DNA of 64,000 bases from an uncultured Nitrospiraceae bacterium (GTDB taxonomy: Bacteria > Nitrospirota > Thermodesulfovibrionia > Thermodesulfovibrionales > Dissulfurispiraceae). A program made the translations under genes and the position numbers. Shown in pieces: positions 30,492 to 39,005 of the stretch. The DNA is taken from NCBI GenBank assembly GCA_963727805.1, contig CAVSHF010000005.1:224001-288000 (forward strand), in the 5' to 3' direction. The first letter of the stretch is position 1, and each line of letters opens with the position of its first letter. The notes beneath the pieces are model-generated. The model saw nothing but the letters and a program-made list of their open reading frames with translations, had not been told where the DNA came from and ran no database searches.

Positions 30492-30760
30492 AGAGATAAA
30501 TATATCGGTTGACGAAGAATATTGCAAAAGGGAGAGTGTGTACTTTACCGCTGATATGAGGTGCAAAGGGTTCTCGGAAGTGTTATCCTCTTAAAGTCAC
30601 CTTTATGCAGTCCATTTTTTACATTATTTTAATCGTATCGGGGGCAAGACACTCATTACTCTCGTAAACACCCAGGTCTATGATTAGAGTGATTCGTTAT
30701 GAATCAATAAATATACCCAAGCAGTGCTAATGAATACTTTCCCTGCGATGTGGACCCTCT

Positions 30761-31147
30761 CTACTTAACATCCGGAAAATCAAATATCGTGCCGTCTTGA
30801 ATATCGTCCTTGCGTATTTTAATCTTGAGTTCCCAGTGACCAGTCATTGTAAGAGGTATGACAGCTCGGTACACGCCTTTCCCCTGTTCAATCACTGCTG
30901 GTGGCCATATTGTACCGTGTCCGTGTTCAGGCATCCACGGTATGATCTCAATCTGCGCATTTTCGACACCACTCCCTTTGTCATCTGTTAAGTACATATC
31001 GACTGCGTTTCTTCCATACTTGAGAAGTCTCTCCTTAGAGCTGAGTTTGATATGAAACAATCCTTTATCGGTAGTTCTTGTTGCATTACTGCTGCATCCT
31101 GAGAAAAAAACGAAGCATGCCATAGTTAATAAAACCAAGGTTTTCAT
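30761..31147 (-). CDS. YtkA/FixH-family lipoprotein
   Basis: AGGAG RBS, lipobox FSGC, WMPEHGHG, GVY, MTGHWEL. Confidence 0.85.
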   Translation of the reverse strand: MKTLVLLTMACFVFFSGCSSNATRTTDKGLFHIKLSSKERLLKYGRNAVDMYLTDDKGSGVENAQIEIIPWMPEHGHGTIWPPAVIEQGKGVYRAVIPLTMTGHWELKIKIRKDDIQDGTIFDFPDVK

Positions 31148-31289
31148 AATGCTCTCCTGTTAAGAATGACGGTCCAATATCGCTACTTTGATCAATCATG
31201 TTAAAGAGGCTCTTACTCTTCGTTTCCAGATAATATGCATAATATACCATTTCATCCTCTATGGTGATAAATGCGTTGCACAGTCTGCA

Positions 31290-31560
31290 ATCACTGGTGC
31301 TGCGAATATGCTGATCACGGCCAAGCCTTTTCCATATACTTCTCATAGAAGGTATGTAGCAAGAGCATCTCTGTGATGCACCCAGGATATCAACGTGCAG
31401 AGAAGTTGTCTAACACAACCTTGTCCCGGGAATCCGAAAAACGGTGCAGTAATCCGCAAAAAAATCAGCCAACTCAAATCCCGGATGCCTTTCGATTCTC
31501 TGTGCTTTTAGACCATAAAACGGCACAGCTGGCTGAATGACCGTTATAAAGATAATTATA
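31290..31560 (-). pseudogene. Decayed TlpA/ResA-family thiol-disulfide oxidoreductase
   Basis: Minus strand PGFELAD / SDSRDKVVLDNFSAR*YPGCITEM...FYEKYME / GLAVISI matches TlpA KVVLLNFWATWCPPC..EM..LYEKYKDKGL, with a stop and frameshifts; ends approximate. Confidence 0.7.
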
Positions 31561-31672
31561 GTCCCACATGCCAGTGATTCTCTTTCACACAAACACATTA
31601 TTTGACATCTTCACATATTGTCCAATGCCTCCCTGATCTTCTCCCAATTCTATTAAGATTGGCAAGAGGGTC

Positions 31673-31701
31673 TTGACACTTGCAATTTAGAATATTATAC
31701 T
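31673..31701 (+). promoter_or_regulatory. Sigma70-like promoter of the Rrf2 gene
   Basis: TTGACA - 17 bp - TATACT. Confidence 0.75.
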
Positions 31702-31732
31702 ATTCTTAACATATCTGTTTAATAGGATTTGC

Positions 31733-32215
31733 ATGAAAATCTCAAGAAGAACACGATACGGTTTCAGACTGATGGTCGAACTGGCTATTAATTTCGACAA
31801 AGGACCCCTTTCACTTAGAGAGATTGCAAGAAAACAAGGTATCTCCGAGAAATATCTCGAGCAGATTATCATTCAACTCAAAACGATGGGGCCTGTTACA
31901 GCTGTGCGCGGGCCAAAAGGTGGGTACATGCTTTCCCTGCCACCCTCACAGATAACTCTCAGATCGCTCTTCGATATTCTTGAAGGCTCCGATGGAATCG
32001 TAGAATGTGTGCAGGATCCTTCGTTGTGTAAACGAGTCGGCAGCTGCATCAGCCGTGAATTATGGGTAACATTAGAGAAGAGTATTCGCGAAACGCTCAA
32101 CTCCACAACTTTGGAGGATTTGATAACAGGCAGGCTGGAACATCTGAATACTTCCAGATCCGGAATTACTAGGTCTGCCAAGTCCATTAACAGTCGTCGC
32201 AAGCCGACAACATGA
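31733..32215 (+). CDS. Rrf2-family regulator with three IscR-like Cys residues
   Basis: RYGFRLM, ISEKYLEQI, RGPKGGY, C..C..C in ECVQDPSLCKRVGSC. Confidence 0.93.
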   Translation: MKISRRTRYGFRLMVELAINFDKGPLSLREIARKQGISEKYLEQIIIQLKTMGPVTAVRGPKGGYMLSLPPSQITLRSLFDILEGSDGIVECVQDPSLCKRVGSCISRELWVTLEKSIRETLNSTTLEDLITGRLEHLNTSRSGITRSAKSINSRRKPTT

Positions 32216-32341
32216 CGGGAGGTGAATTATTGAAATAACACCCAGGGAAGCTTAGACTATCAAGTAAGTGCATTTGGACATTATGTGCCAAAACACTCTG
32301 AGATAGTGTGGAGTATCAATTAACAAATTACGGAGGTCAAA

Positions 32342-33469
32342 ATGAGGAGATTAATAATTACCCTTTCGTTCCTAAGTGTGGCAGCCATCGTTGGTTTTGT
32401 CTGTTTCTATGGCATTGTTGATAACAGCATAGCGGCAAATATGTCTGCGGATGATTGTTACACAATACCGGGTGAGGCTCTTGATGTAAAGGTGATTGAT
32501 CCGCCCCAAAACATAACCTTTAACGGCATATCCTATATTGCCGGTCATGGTGGACATATTGCTGTCATTGATATGCGGACCATGAAGTCACCGACGGATC
32601 TCGAAAAAGGCAGGATTGTACTTACGGAGGCAGGATCCGAGATGGAAGGAAAGATAGCCGGCATGAGTTTTGAGCAAGTCAAGAAGTCAGGGGGAACCCA
32701 CGGTCAGGCTCTGGTTACTGAAAAGGGGCAAAAGGTTCTCGTTGCTGGCACGCTGAGTGGAAACGTCTATAAAATAGATCTCGCAACGGGGAAGAAACAA
32801 GGTCCTTTCAAAGTCGGCGAAAAGTTCTGCGGTGCTATCGTAGGACCGGACGGGAAAATATACCTGGAGGATATGGCCGATGGTAATGTTTACATCTGGG
32901 ACTCCGGCACACTGAAAACGGTTGACAAGATGCCGGTGGGCAAGGCCGTCTGTGGCATCCAATGGACGAAGAATGCCAAAAAAGCATACATAACTGACAT
33001 GCCTACGGGTACAGTGTATGTATACGACTGGACAACGAAGAAGAAGATCAAAGAGATAACGAGTCCAGAAATGACATTTATACACCAGGCGAGGATGACT
33101 CCTGACGGGAAGTATCTCTGGGTAAGTGCTCCCAATGAATTTGATCCCGGCCTGAAACCCGGTACGCATAAGAGCCAGATTATCATTATCGACACGGCTA
33201 AGGACGAGATCATCAAGCGGTTTGTTCTGCCTGACGCACTTAGACCTCACGATTTTGCGTTCACAAGCGACGGCAAATATGCTTTAATTTCGTCCAGGAC
33301 ATACGGTGATGACAGCGTAATGGCTGTCATGGATCTTAAGAATGCACATATTGTCAGAGAAGTTTCAGCTTGCGCAAGCTGCCACAAACAATACGGTGTG
33401 GAGGTCAAAATTGATCAGGGATCTCCGCTTGTTTGCGGTATTGAAGTGGATTGGCTGGCAAAAAAATAG
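32342..33469 (+). CDS. Exported YVTN/YncE-like beta-propeller with C-terminal CxxCH
   Basis: GGAGG RBS, N-terminal hydrophobic segment, repeats ending PDGK/SDGK, CASCH at 33371-33385. Confidence 0.85.
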   Translation: MRRLIITLSFLSVAAIVGFVCFYGIVDNSIAANMSADDCYTIPGEALDVKVIDPPQNITFNGISYIAGHGGHIAVIDMRTMKSPTDLEKGRIVLTEAGSEMEGKIAGMSFEQVKKSGGTHGQALVTEKGQKVLVAGTLSGNVYKIDLATGKKQGPFKVGEKFCGAIVGPDGKIYLEDMADGNVYIWDSGTLKTVDKMPVGKAVCGIQWTKNAKKAYITDMPTGTVYVYDWTTKKKIKEITSPEMTFIHQARMTPDGKYLWVSAPNEFDPGLKPGTHKSQIIIIDTAKDEIIKRFVLPDALRPHDFAFTSDGKYALISSRTYGDDSVMAVMDLKNAHIVREVSACASCHKQYGVEVKIDQGSPLVCGIEVDWLAKK

Positions 33470-33499
33470 GATGTAGATAGCGGGACGTAACTGGGCAGT

Positions 33500-33536
33500 A
33501 TGGAAAGGTGGGCATACTCTTAGCCCACCTTTCCAT
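33500..33536. terminator. 14-bp stem hairpin after the propeller gene (terminator or mRNA stabiliser)
   Basis: ATGGAAAGGTGGGC-loop-GCCCACCTTTCCAT. Confidence 0.7.
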
Positions 33537-33695
33537 GTCTATTTCTCTAGCTGATCATGCCATAAGTATGAGTCGTTAATGGAGAAAAAGCGCTGAATTA
33601 CTGGGTTAAGTGATTTATCGCGCTGGCGCAAGAGCGACACAAACTATATAATAGTAAAATAGCAATTGGATCTCTGAGGTCTTAAAATAAAGATC

Positions 33696-34904
33696 ATGAT
33701 GTCACGACTGAACATAACATCGTTTGCGATTAAAAACCTGAGAAGGAAAGTAATACGCTCCCTCTTGCTCTTCATGTCCGTAGCTGTTGTAACCGGCACT
33801 CTTTTTTCGGCGACCGTCTTCATCTCGAGCATGAAAAACGCTTTAAATATAGGGACCTACAGACTGGGTGCAGATGTTCTTGTCGTCCCCGAAAAGTACG
33901 CTGCGGATGCCCGATCGGCTTTACTTGCAGGAGAGCCCACAAGTTTCTATATGAATAGAGATGTTCTTAATAAAGTAAGAAAGGTTGATGGGGTGCGAAA
34001 AGCTTCCCCGCAACTTTTCATAAAACCGACCTCCTTCACTTGTTGTTATAGCGTGAATGCCTTTCTTGTGGCTTTTGATCCTGAGACAGACTTTACGATT
34101 ACTCCATGGCTTGCTAAAAATCTAAAAAAGCCTCTCGTCGGAAACGAAGTCATCACGGGAAGGAGCATGCCCCTCATAGCGGGAGATTCTATTAGTTTTT
34201 TCGGCACGTTATTTAAGGTCGCGGGGACAATGGAGTTGACGGGTATAAAATTTTTCGATCAGTCCATCTTCATGACCATGGATGCCGCTTACAAAATGGT
34301 CGAAGATTCTAAAACTAAGTCGATGCAACCACTTAGCTTAGATAGAGATAGTATTTCTACTGTGCTCGTCCAAATAGAAGATGGAATGACCCCCGACAGG
34401 GTCGCCATCCGCATAGAGCATGATGTCGATGGCGTTCGAGCCATTGCATCGGATGAGGTCATTAGCACAGTAAGAAAACAGTTGATGGGTCTTCTTAAGG
34501 GTATATTTGCGATTAGCGCTCTGCTTTGGATTCTTTCTCTCGTTATGATGGGGTTTGTCTTTTATATGATCGTTAATGAGCGTCAGAGGGAGTTGGGCCT
34601 GTTGCGGTCAATGGGAGCGAAAAAAAGACATGTGTTCAGACTCATCATAACTGAGGCCGTTATAATTTCAACACTCGGTGGTATCGCTGGCTTGATAGGC
34701 GGCTCGGTGCTTCTTCTAGCGTTCAAGGATATTATACTTCACTACCTCAAATTGCCGTACTTGTTGCCTCCCGTGACGTTTCTGATCGAATTAATCTTTG
34801 GAGCCGTGCTGTTTTCCTTAATAACAGGGCTTCTTTCTTCTCTTTTCCCCGCCATTTTTGCAAGCAACATGGAGCCATATGAAGCAATCAGAAAAGGAGA
34901 ATAG
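33696..34904 (+). CDS. FtsX/MacB-family ABC permease with periplasmic Cys-Cys motif
   Basis: KNLRRK..RS, RLGADVLVVP, TCC, VNERQRELGLLRSMGA, four TM helices. Confidence 0.92.
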   Translation: MMSRLNITSFAIKNLRRKVIRSLLLFMSVAVVTGTLFSATVFISSMKNALNIGTYRLGADVLVVPEKYAADARSALLAGEPTSFYMNRDVLNKVRKVDGVRKASPQLFIKPTSFTCCYSVNAFLVAFDPETDFTITPWLAKNLKKPLVGNEVITGRSMPLIAGDSISFFGTLFKVAGTMELTGIKFFDQSIFMTMDAAYKMVEDSKTKSMQPLSLDRDSISTVLVQIEDGMTPDRVAIRIEHDVDGVRAIASDEVISTVRKQLMGLLKGIFAISALLWILSLVMMGFVFYMIVNERQRELGLLRSMGAKKRHVFRLIITEAVIISTLGGIAGLIGGSVLLLAFKDIILHYLKLPYLLPPVTFLIELIFGAVLFSLITGLLSSLFPAIFASNMEPYEAIRKGE

Positions 34905-34919
34905 GATGGAGGTTCACCT

Positions 34920-35558
34920 ATGAGAAAAATCCTTCAGCATATAATGCAAGGGGAAGTGCCGCTGGTGTTGATCATTATTCTTTTACTAGTTGTCTCATGC
35001 AAGAAAGAGGAACCGCAAACTAATCCGCCATCTACTCAGGTATTAAACTCGTCTTCAAGCGAGTCCGTATTTGTCGAGGTAAATAAAAAGCTCAAAGAAA
35101 AGCCTGACGATGCAGAGGCGCTATATCACCTCGCAGACATCTACGACCGTAATGAACAGTACGTGGAAGCTATTGACACATATAAGAAAGTTGTAGCAAT
35201 AAAGCCGACAATGGGGTATGCATACCTTAAAATGGGTACGGCTTATGATCGCATTAACCAGCCTGACGAGGCCGTAAAAGCCTTCAAGAAAGCCATAGAA
35301 TTGATGCCAGAAAATCCAGTCGCGTACAACAATCTCGGCGTTGCTTATGGAAAACTCCGCATGCTCGACAATGAAATAGCAGCCTTAAAAAAAGCTATTA
35401 AAATCAGATCCAACTACTCATCGGCCAGATATAATTTAGGCATGACCTATATTAAAACAGGGAATAAAAAGGCTGCATTAAAGGAATATGAATCTCTGAA
35501 GAAGCTAGATGAGGGGGCTGCAGAGTCTTTGCTGCAGGAGATTAATCGCACCTCATAG
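34920..35558 (+). CDS. TPR-repeat lipoprotein
   Basis: Lipobox VVSC, about four TPR units (AYNNLG, ARYNLG). Confidence 0.88.
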   Translation: MRKILQHIMQGEVPLVLIIILLLVVSCKKEEPQTNPPSTQVLNSSSSESVFVEVNKKLKEKPDDAEALYHLADIYDRNEQYVEAIDTYKKVVAIKPTMGYAYLKMGTAYDRINQPDEAVKAFKKAIELMPENPVAYNNLGVAYGKLRMLDNEIAALKKAIKIRSNYSSARYNLGMTYIKTGNKKAALKEYESLKKLDEGAAESLLQEINRTS

Positions 35559-35575
35559 CAACATGGAGCAGACCG

Positions 35576-36253
35576 ATGATAGAAGTTAAAGAGCTTATAA
35601 AGAGCTACTCGATTGACGGACAGATTTTTAAGGCCGTAGACGGTGTATCTTTTACAGTCAGCAGAGGAGATATGGTTTCGATAGTCGGTCATTCGGGCAG
35701 CGGTAAGACTACCCTGCTCAGTTTGCTAGGTGGCCTGACAAAGCCTGATTCCGGAAGCATTGTTATCGGCAGCGAAAACATCTTGTCCATGACCGATAAT
35801 ATCCTTTCAGAGTTCAGGAATAGAAAGATCAGCTTTATCTACCAATTTTCCAGTCTCATTCCTACACTTACTGTCTTGGAAAATGTTATTTTGCCGACCG
35901 TTTTCAGATCGCAGCGGCAAAACGTCGCCAGTCATGCTCTTGAACTCCTGAGCATTGTCGGCTTGCAGAATAAAATAAATGCTTACCCATCGCAGCTGTC
36001 TGGCGGGCAACAGCGACGCGTCGCAATTGCACGCGCTTTCGTGAATGATCCGGAACTAATCCTCGCCGACGAACCAACTGGAGACCTCGATGAAGAAACT
36101 GAGGCTGAGATGATGCAATTTTTCTCCTCAATGAACCGCGACAATGGGTTGACGTTTCTAGTAGTTACTCATAATACAGAACTCGCCAAGAAGATCGGCA
36201 GGCAACTGCGGATGCAAAATGGAGTTCTTCAGGAGGTAATTGGCAATAGCTGA
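35576..36253 (+). CDS. LolD/MacB-like ABC ATPase
   Basis: GHSGSGKT, LSGGQQRRVAIARA, ADEPTGDLD, VVTH. Confidence 0.95.
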   Translation: MIEVKELIKSYSIDGQIFKAVDGVSFTVSRGDMVSIVGHSGSGKTTLLSLLGGLTKPDSGSIVIGSENILSMTDNILSEFRNRKISFIYQFSSLIPTLTVLENVILPTVFRSQRQNVASHALELLSIVGLQNKINAYPSQLSGGQQRRVAIARAFVNDPELILADEPTGDLDEETEAEMMQFFSSMNRDNGLTFLVVTHNTELAKKIGRQLRMQNGVLQEVIGNS

Positions 36254-36496
36254 CCGTATATCCATGAGACCCCACTGTTCTACAATAAATTTTTAAGCGA
36301 AGTCAAATATACTGAGCATGATCGCCTGTTATGCATTGTCTGTGAACAAGCACGCACAATGTCTGCACTGAGGTTTTATCCTGTAGAGCTAAAATCTCAT
36401 TATTACTCTTTCTACAGTCCCCGCAATACTTTGATTTGCGTGTATGTAACAGGCTGGGTGCAGGGATAAATCTCGTAGCAACCGGTGATCTATTAG

Positions 36497-36528
36497 AAAA
36501 AGCCCGGGCGGCCTGATAGCTGCCCGGG
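36497..36528 (-). terminator. Intrinsic terminator of the tpx-sod-dsrC-like unit
   Basis: Minus strand CCCGGGCAGC-tatca-GGCCGCCCGGG followed by a U tract. Confidence 0.7.
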
Positions 36529-36547
36529 ATGAGAGGAAAGGAAGAGA

Positions 36548-36910
36548 TTAATCGCCCGCGAGTATGCGGTAAATCTTTCCGGCTTCATCGGTACTGATAG
36601 AGGATATTACTTCGAGATTAGGAAGCCCCGCTATTTTCCATGCCTTCATGGGGTCGATGAATTCCTCGCTAATACATTCCCGGGGTTTGTGGACATTCCT
36701 GCACACCGCGCGAAGTATTGGAAAAGAATTATACTGCCGGTAGTACTCCCTCATGAACCTGATGATGTCGATCCGCTCTCTAGTGAGTTCTCCAACCCCG
36801 AGGTGATCGGCGATGGCGCTGGCAACCTTTTCGTTCCAAGTATCCTCGTTTACAAGAAATCCGTCGTCATCAAGTTCGACCTTTACCGATCCGTATTCGA
36901 GTATGGGCAT
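36548..36910 (-). CDS. TusE/DsrC/DsvC-family protein lacking the C-terminal cysteines
   Basis: LDDDGFL, WNEKVA, IIRFMREYY, AWKIAGLP; no terminal Cys arm. Confidence 0.85.
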   Translation of the reverse strand: MPILEYGSVKVELDDDGFLVNEDTWNEKVASAIADHLGVGELTRERIDIIRFMREYYRQYNSFPILRAVCRNVHKPRECISEEFIDPMKAWKIAGLPNLEVISSISTDEAGKIYRILAGD

Positions 36911-36930
36911 CGCTCCCTCCCGCGAGGCGG

Positions 36931-37509
36931 CTATTTCAGCCGTGCTTCTGAAGCCGCCCAGTTAATATTCTTAAAAAATGCCTCGATATAGTCGGCCCTC
37001 TTGAGACCATAGTCGAGCATGTAGGCATGTTCGAAGACATCCATGATCAGGAGAGGGACGCAGCCAGCCGGATGTGCCACATCGTGCTCATTGATCCAGA
37101 AATTAATAAGCAAGCCGCTTGCGACGTCCTGATAGAGAACTGCCCATCCGATACCACGCATCGCACCAACAGCTTTGAAATCCTTTTCCCATAATTCGTA
37201 ACTGCCAAATTGTTCGGCGAGCTTCTTTGCGAGCTTGCCATTCTTGTCGATGCCGGCTTTGCCTCCGAGGTTCTCAAAATAGAATTCATGCAGCCGCATG
37301 CCGTTGAATTCCCATCCAAGCCTTCGCTTGAGCTCGGCAAATTCAGGAAGTGCAGTCTTGCCATCTTTGAGCATCGAGCTGAGAGTATCAAGGACCTTGT
37401 TGGTGTTAGTGACGTAACCTTGGTAAAGCGTGAAATGATTCTTGAGAAGGGTTTCGCTGAACCCTGCCATTCCAATAAGACCCGCAAAATCTTTAGCCGT
37501 ATAAGCCAT
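36931..37509 (-). CDS. Fe/Mn superoxide dismutase family protein
   Basis: NHFTLYQGY, LHEFYF, GIGW, DVFEHAY. Confidence 0.92.
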   Translation of the reverse strand: MAYTAKDFAGLIGMAGFSETLLKNHFTLYQGYVTNTNKVLDTLSSMLKDGKTALPEFAELKRRLGWEFNGMRLHEFYFENLGGKAGIDKNGKLAKKLAEQFGSYELWEKDFKAVGAMRGIGWAVLYQDVASGLLINFWINEHDVAHPAGCVPLLIMDVFEHAYMLDYGLKRADYIEAFFKNINWAASEARLK

Positions 37510-37641
37510 TTTGTGACCTCCCTTAAAGTTGAGTATATGACAGACAGGATACCCTGTCGACGGAACGGTAACTGCCGGTCTCGTCTTTATGAAATCAACC
37601 TGATGAACACGCCCATTTTTTAGGTGAGGTCATGCTCTATG

Positions 37642-38157
37642 TCAGGATGTCATCTTCTTTATCAGATTGACGACGCCTTCATAATCGGGATGGTTCGTCA
37701 CCTCGGGCACGATCTCTTTGAGCCTGATGATATTATCCTTGTCAATAATAAAGATAGAACGGGCAAGGAGACGCAATTCTTTAATCAGAACACCATACGC
37801 AGACCCAAAGGAAGCATCACGATGGTCAGAGAGTGTCTTGACCCTGTCGATACCTGCCGCGCTACAAAACCGCGCTATCGCGAACGGAAGGTCCATACTA
37901 ATGTTGATGACCACCACATTGTCTGAAAAGTTAGCAGCCTCTTGGTTAAACCTCCGCGCCTGTATGTCGCAGACCGGAGTGTCAAGCGATGGGGTTACGC
38001 TGATCACCTTGATGTTACCTTCGAAATCTTTTAGCCTTACCTCTTTGAGATCGCTGTTGAGTGCCGTAAAGTCGGGGGCCTTATCCCCTACCCTCAAGTC
38101 TGGCCCGACCAACGTAAGGGGGTTTCCGTGAATGGTTACAACGCCTATTCTTTCCAT
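37642..38157 (-). CDS. tpx: Thiol peroxidase
   Basis: PSLDTPVC, ISMDLPFAIARFC, LARSIF, HPDY. Confidence 0.96.
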   Translation of the reverse strand: MERIGVVTIHGNPLTLVGPDLRVGDKAPDFTALNSDLKEVRLKDFEGNIKVISVTPSLDTPVCDIQARRFNQEAANFSDNVVVINISMDLPFAIARFCSAAGIDRVKTLSDHRDASFGSAYGVLIKELRLLARSIFIIDKDNIIRLKEIVPEVTNHPDYEGVVNLIKKMTS

Positions 38158-38463
38158 GCATCCTCCATGCTCTTATATAAATTTATATATACACTTTTCT
38201 GGATTCACGCGCAACCCTTTACCATTGCAATCCAGCCACCGGACCCCCTCAGCAGGCGCTCCTGCTTCTATTGACTATGGCGAGCTTTGCGATCTGATCC
38301 TATTAGGCTCATATTAACGAAAACTATCGAACAAGGATGCGTCCCAGAGTTCAGAAAAGGGCAGCCCCGCGTTCGCGTTCCCGGGCGCGTTAACAGCCTG
38401 CGACAGTTTTTCCTTCTTGGAGGCCTCTCTTGCAGGTGTTGCAGTTAGGGCTTTATCAGATAC

Positions 38464-38790
38464 TTACTTGAAAGACCTAATATAGGCGACTATATCGGCC
38501 ATGTCGGCCGATTTCGGGTCAATGGCCTTTCCATTGATTGCCCCGACAATACACGCATTAACCTGTTTTGCCAGACCGCCCTCTGTCTTGAATTCCGTCT
38601 TGTCAGCAACCTTTTCTAAGCCTTTACCGTTTAGATGACATTCGCTGCATGCCTTGTTACCACCAGCAAAGGTCGCGTCGCTAAAGAGCGCCTTGCCCTT
38701 GTCCGCATTCCCCTTCTCTGCAGCAACGCCGATGGAACATACTATCCCCAAGACAACAAGTGTCATCAGAACTACCCGTAATAATTTCAT
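38464..38790 (-). CDS. Small exported monoheme c-type cytochrome
   Basis: GAGGTG RBS before ATG 38790, signal peptide, CSECH, distal VNAC. Confidence 0.88.
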   Translation of the reverse strand: MKLLRVVLMTLVVLGIVCSIGVAAEKGNADKGKALFSDATFAGGNKACSECHLNGKGLEKVADKTEFKTEGGLAKQVNACIVGAINGKAIDPKSADMADIVAYIRSFK

Positions 38791-39005
38791 TCTCTTCACC
38801 TCGTCACGTGATATAGGAGCACCGGTGAAACGACGCGCTCATGGTCTAAAGTTTACCAATAAAAAGGGTCCTTCACAATGTCTTTAGCTGCAGCCAAGCA
38901 TAAGATGCGTTCCGAACCGTCAGAACACCCCGTCTGGATTTGTTTGTCTTCTGGCTTTTTTACCTTTGGAGGTACTATGTACATCGATTGCAGGGGATGA
39001 TCATT

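Noticed and set aside
31390..31392. In-frame TGA next to a thioredoxin-like motif as possible selenocysteine
   Set aside because: The TGA aligns with the Trp before CxxC (TGG to TGA), the first Cys has become Tyr, and frameshifts are present, so ordinary decay explains it
32342..33469. Calling the propeller NosZ or cytochrome cd1 nitrite reductase
   Set aside because: Too short, no C-terminal CuA domain, heme motif is C-terminal rather than N-terminal, and no nos or nir genes are adjacent
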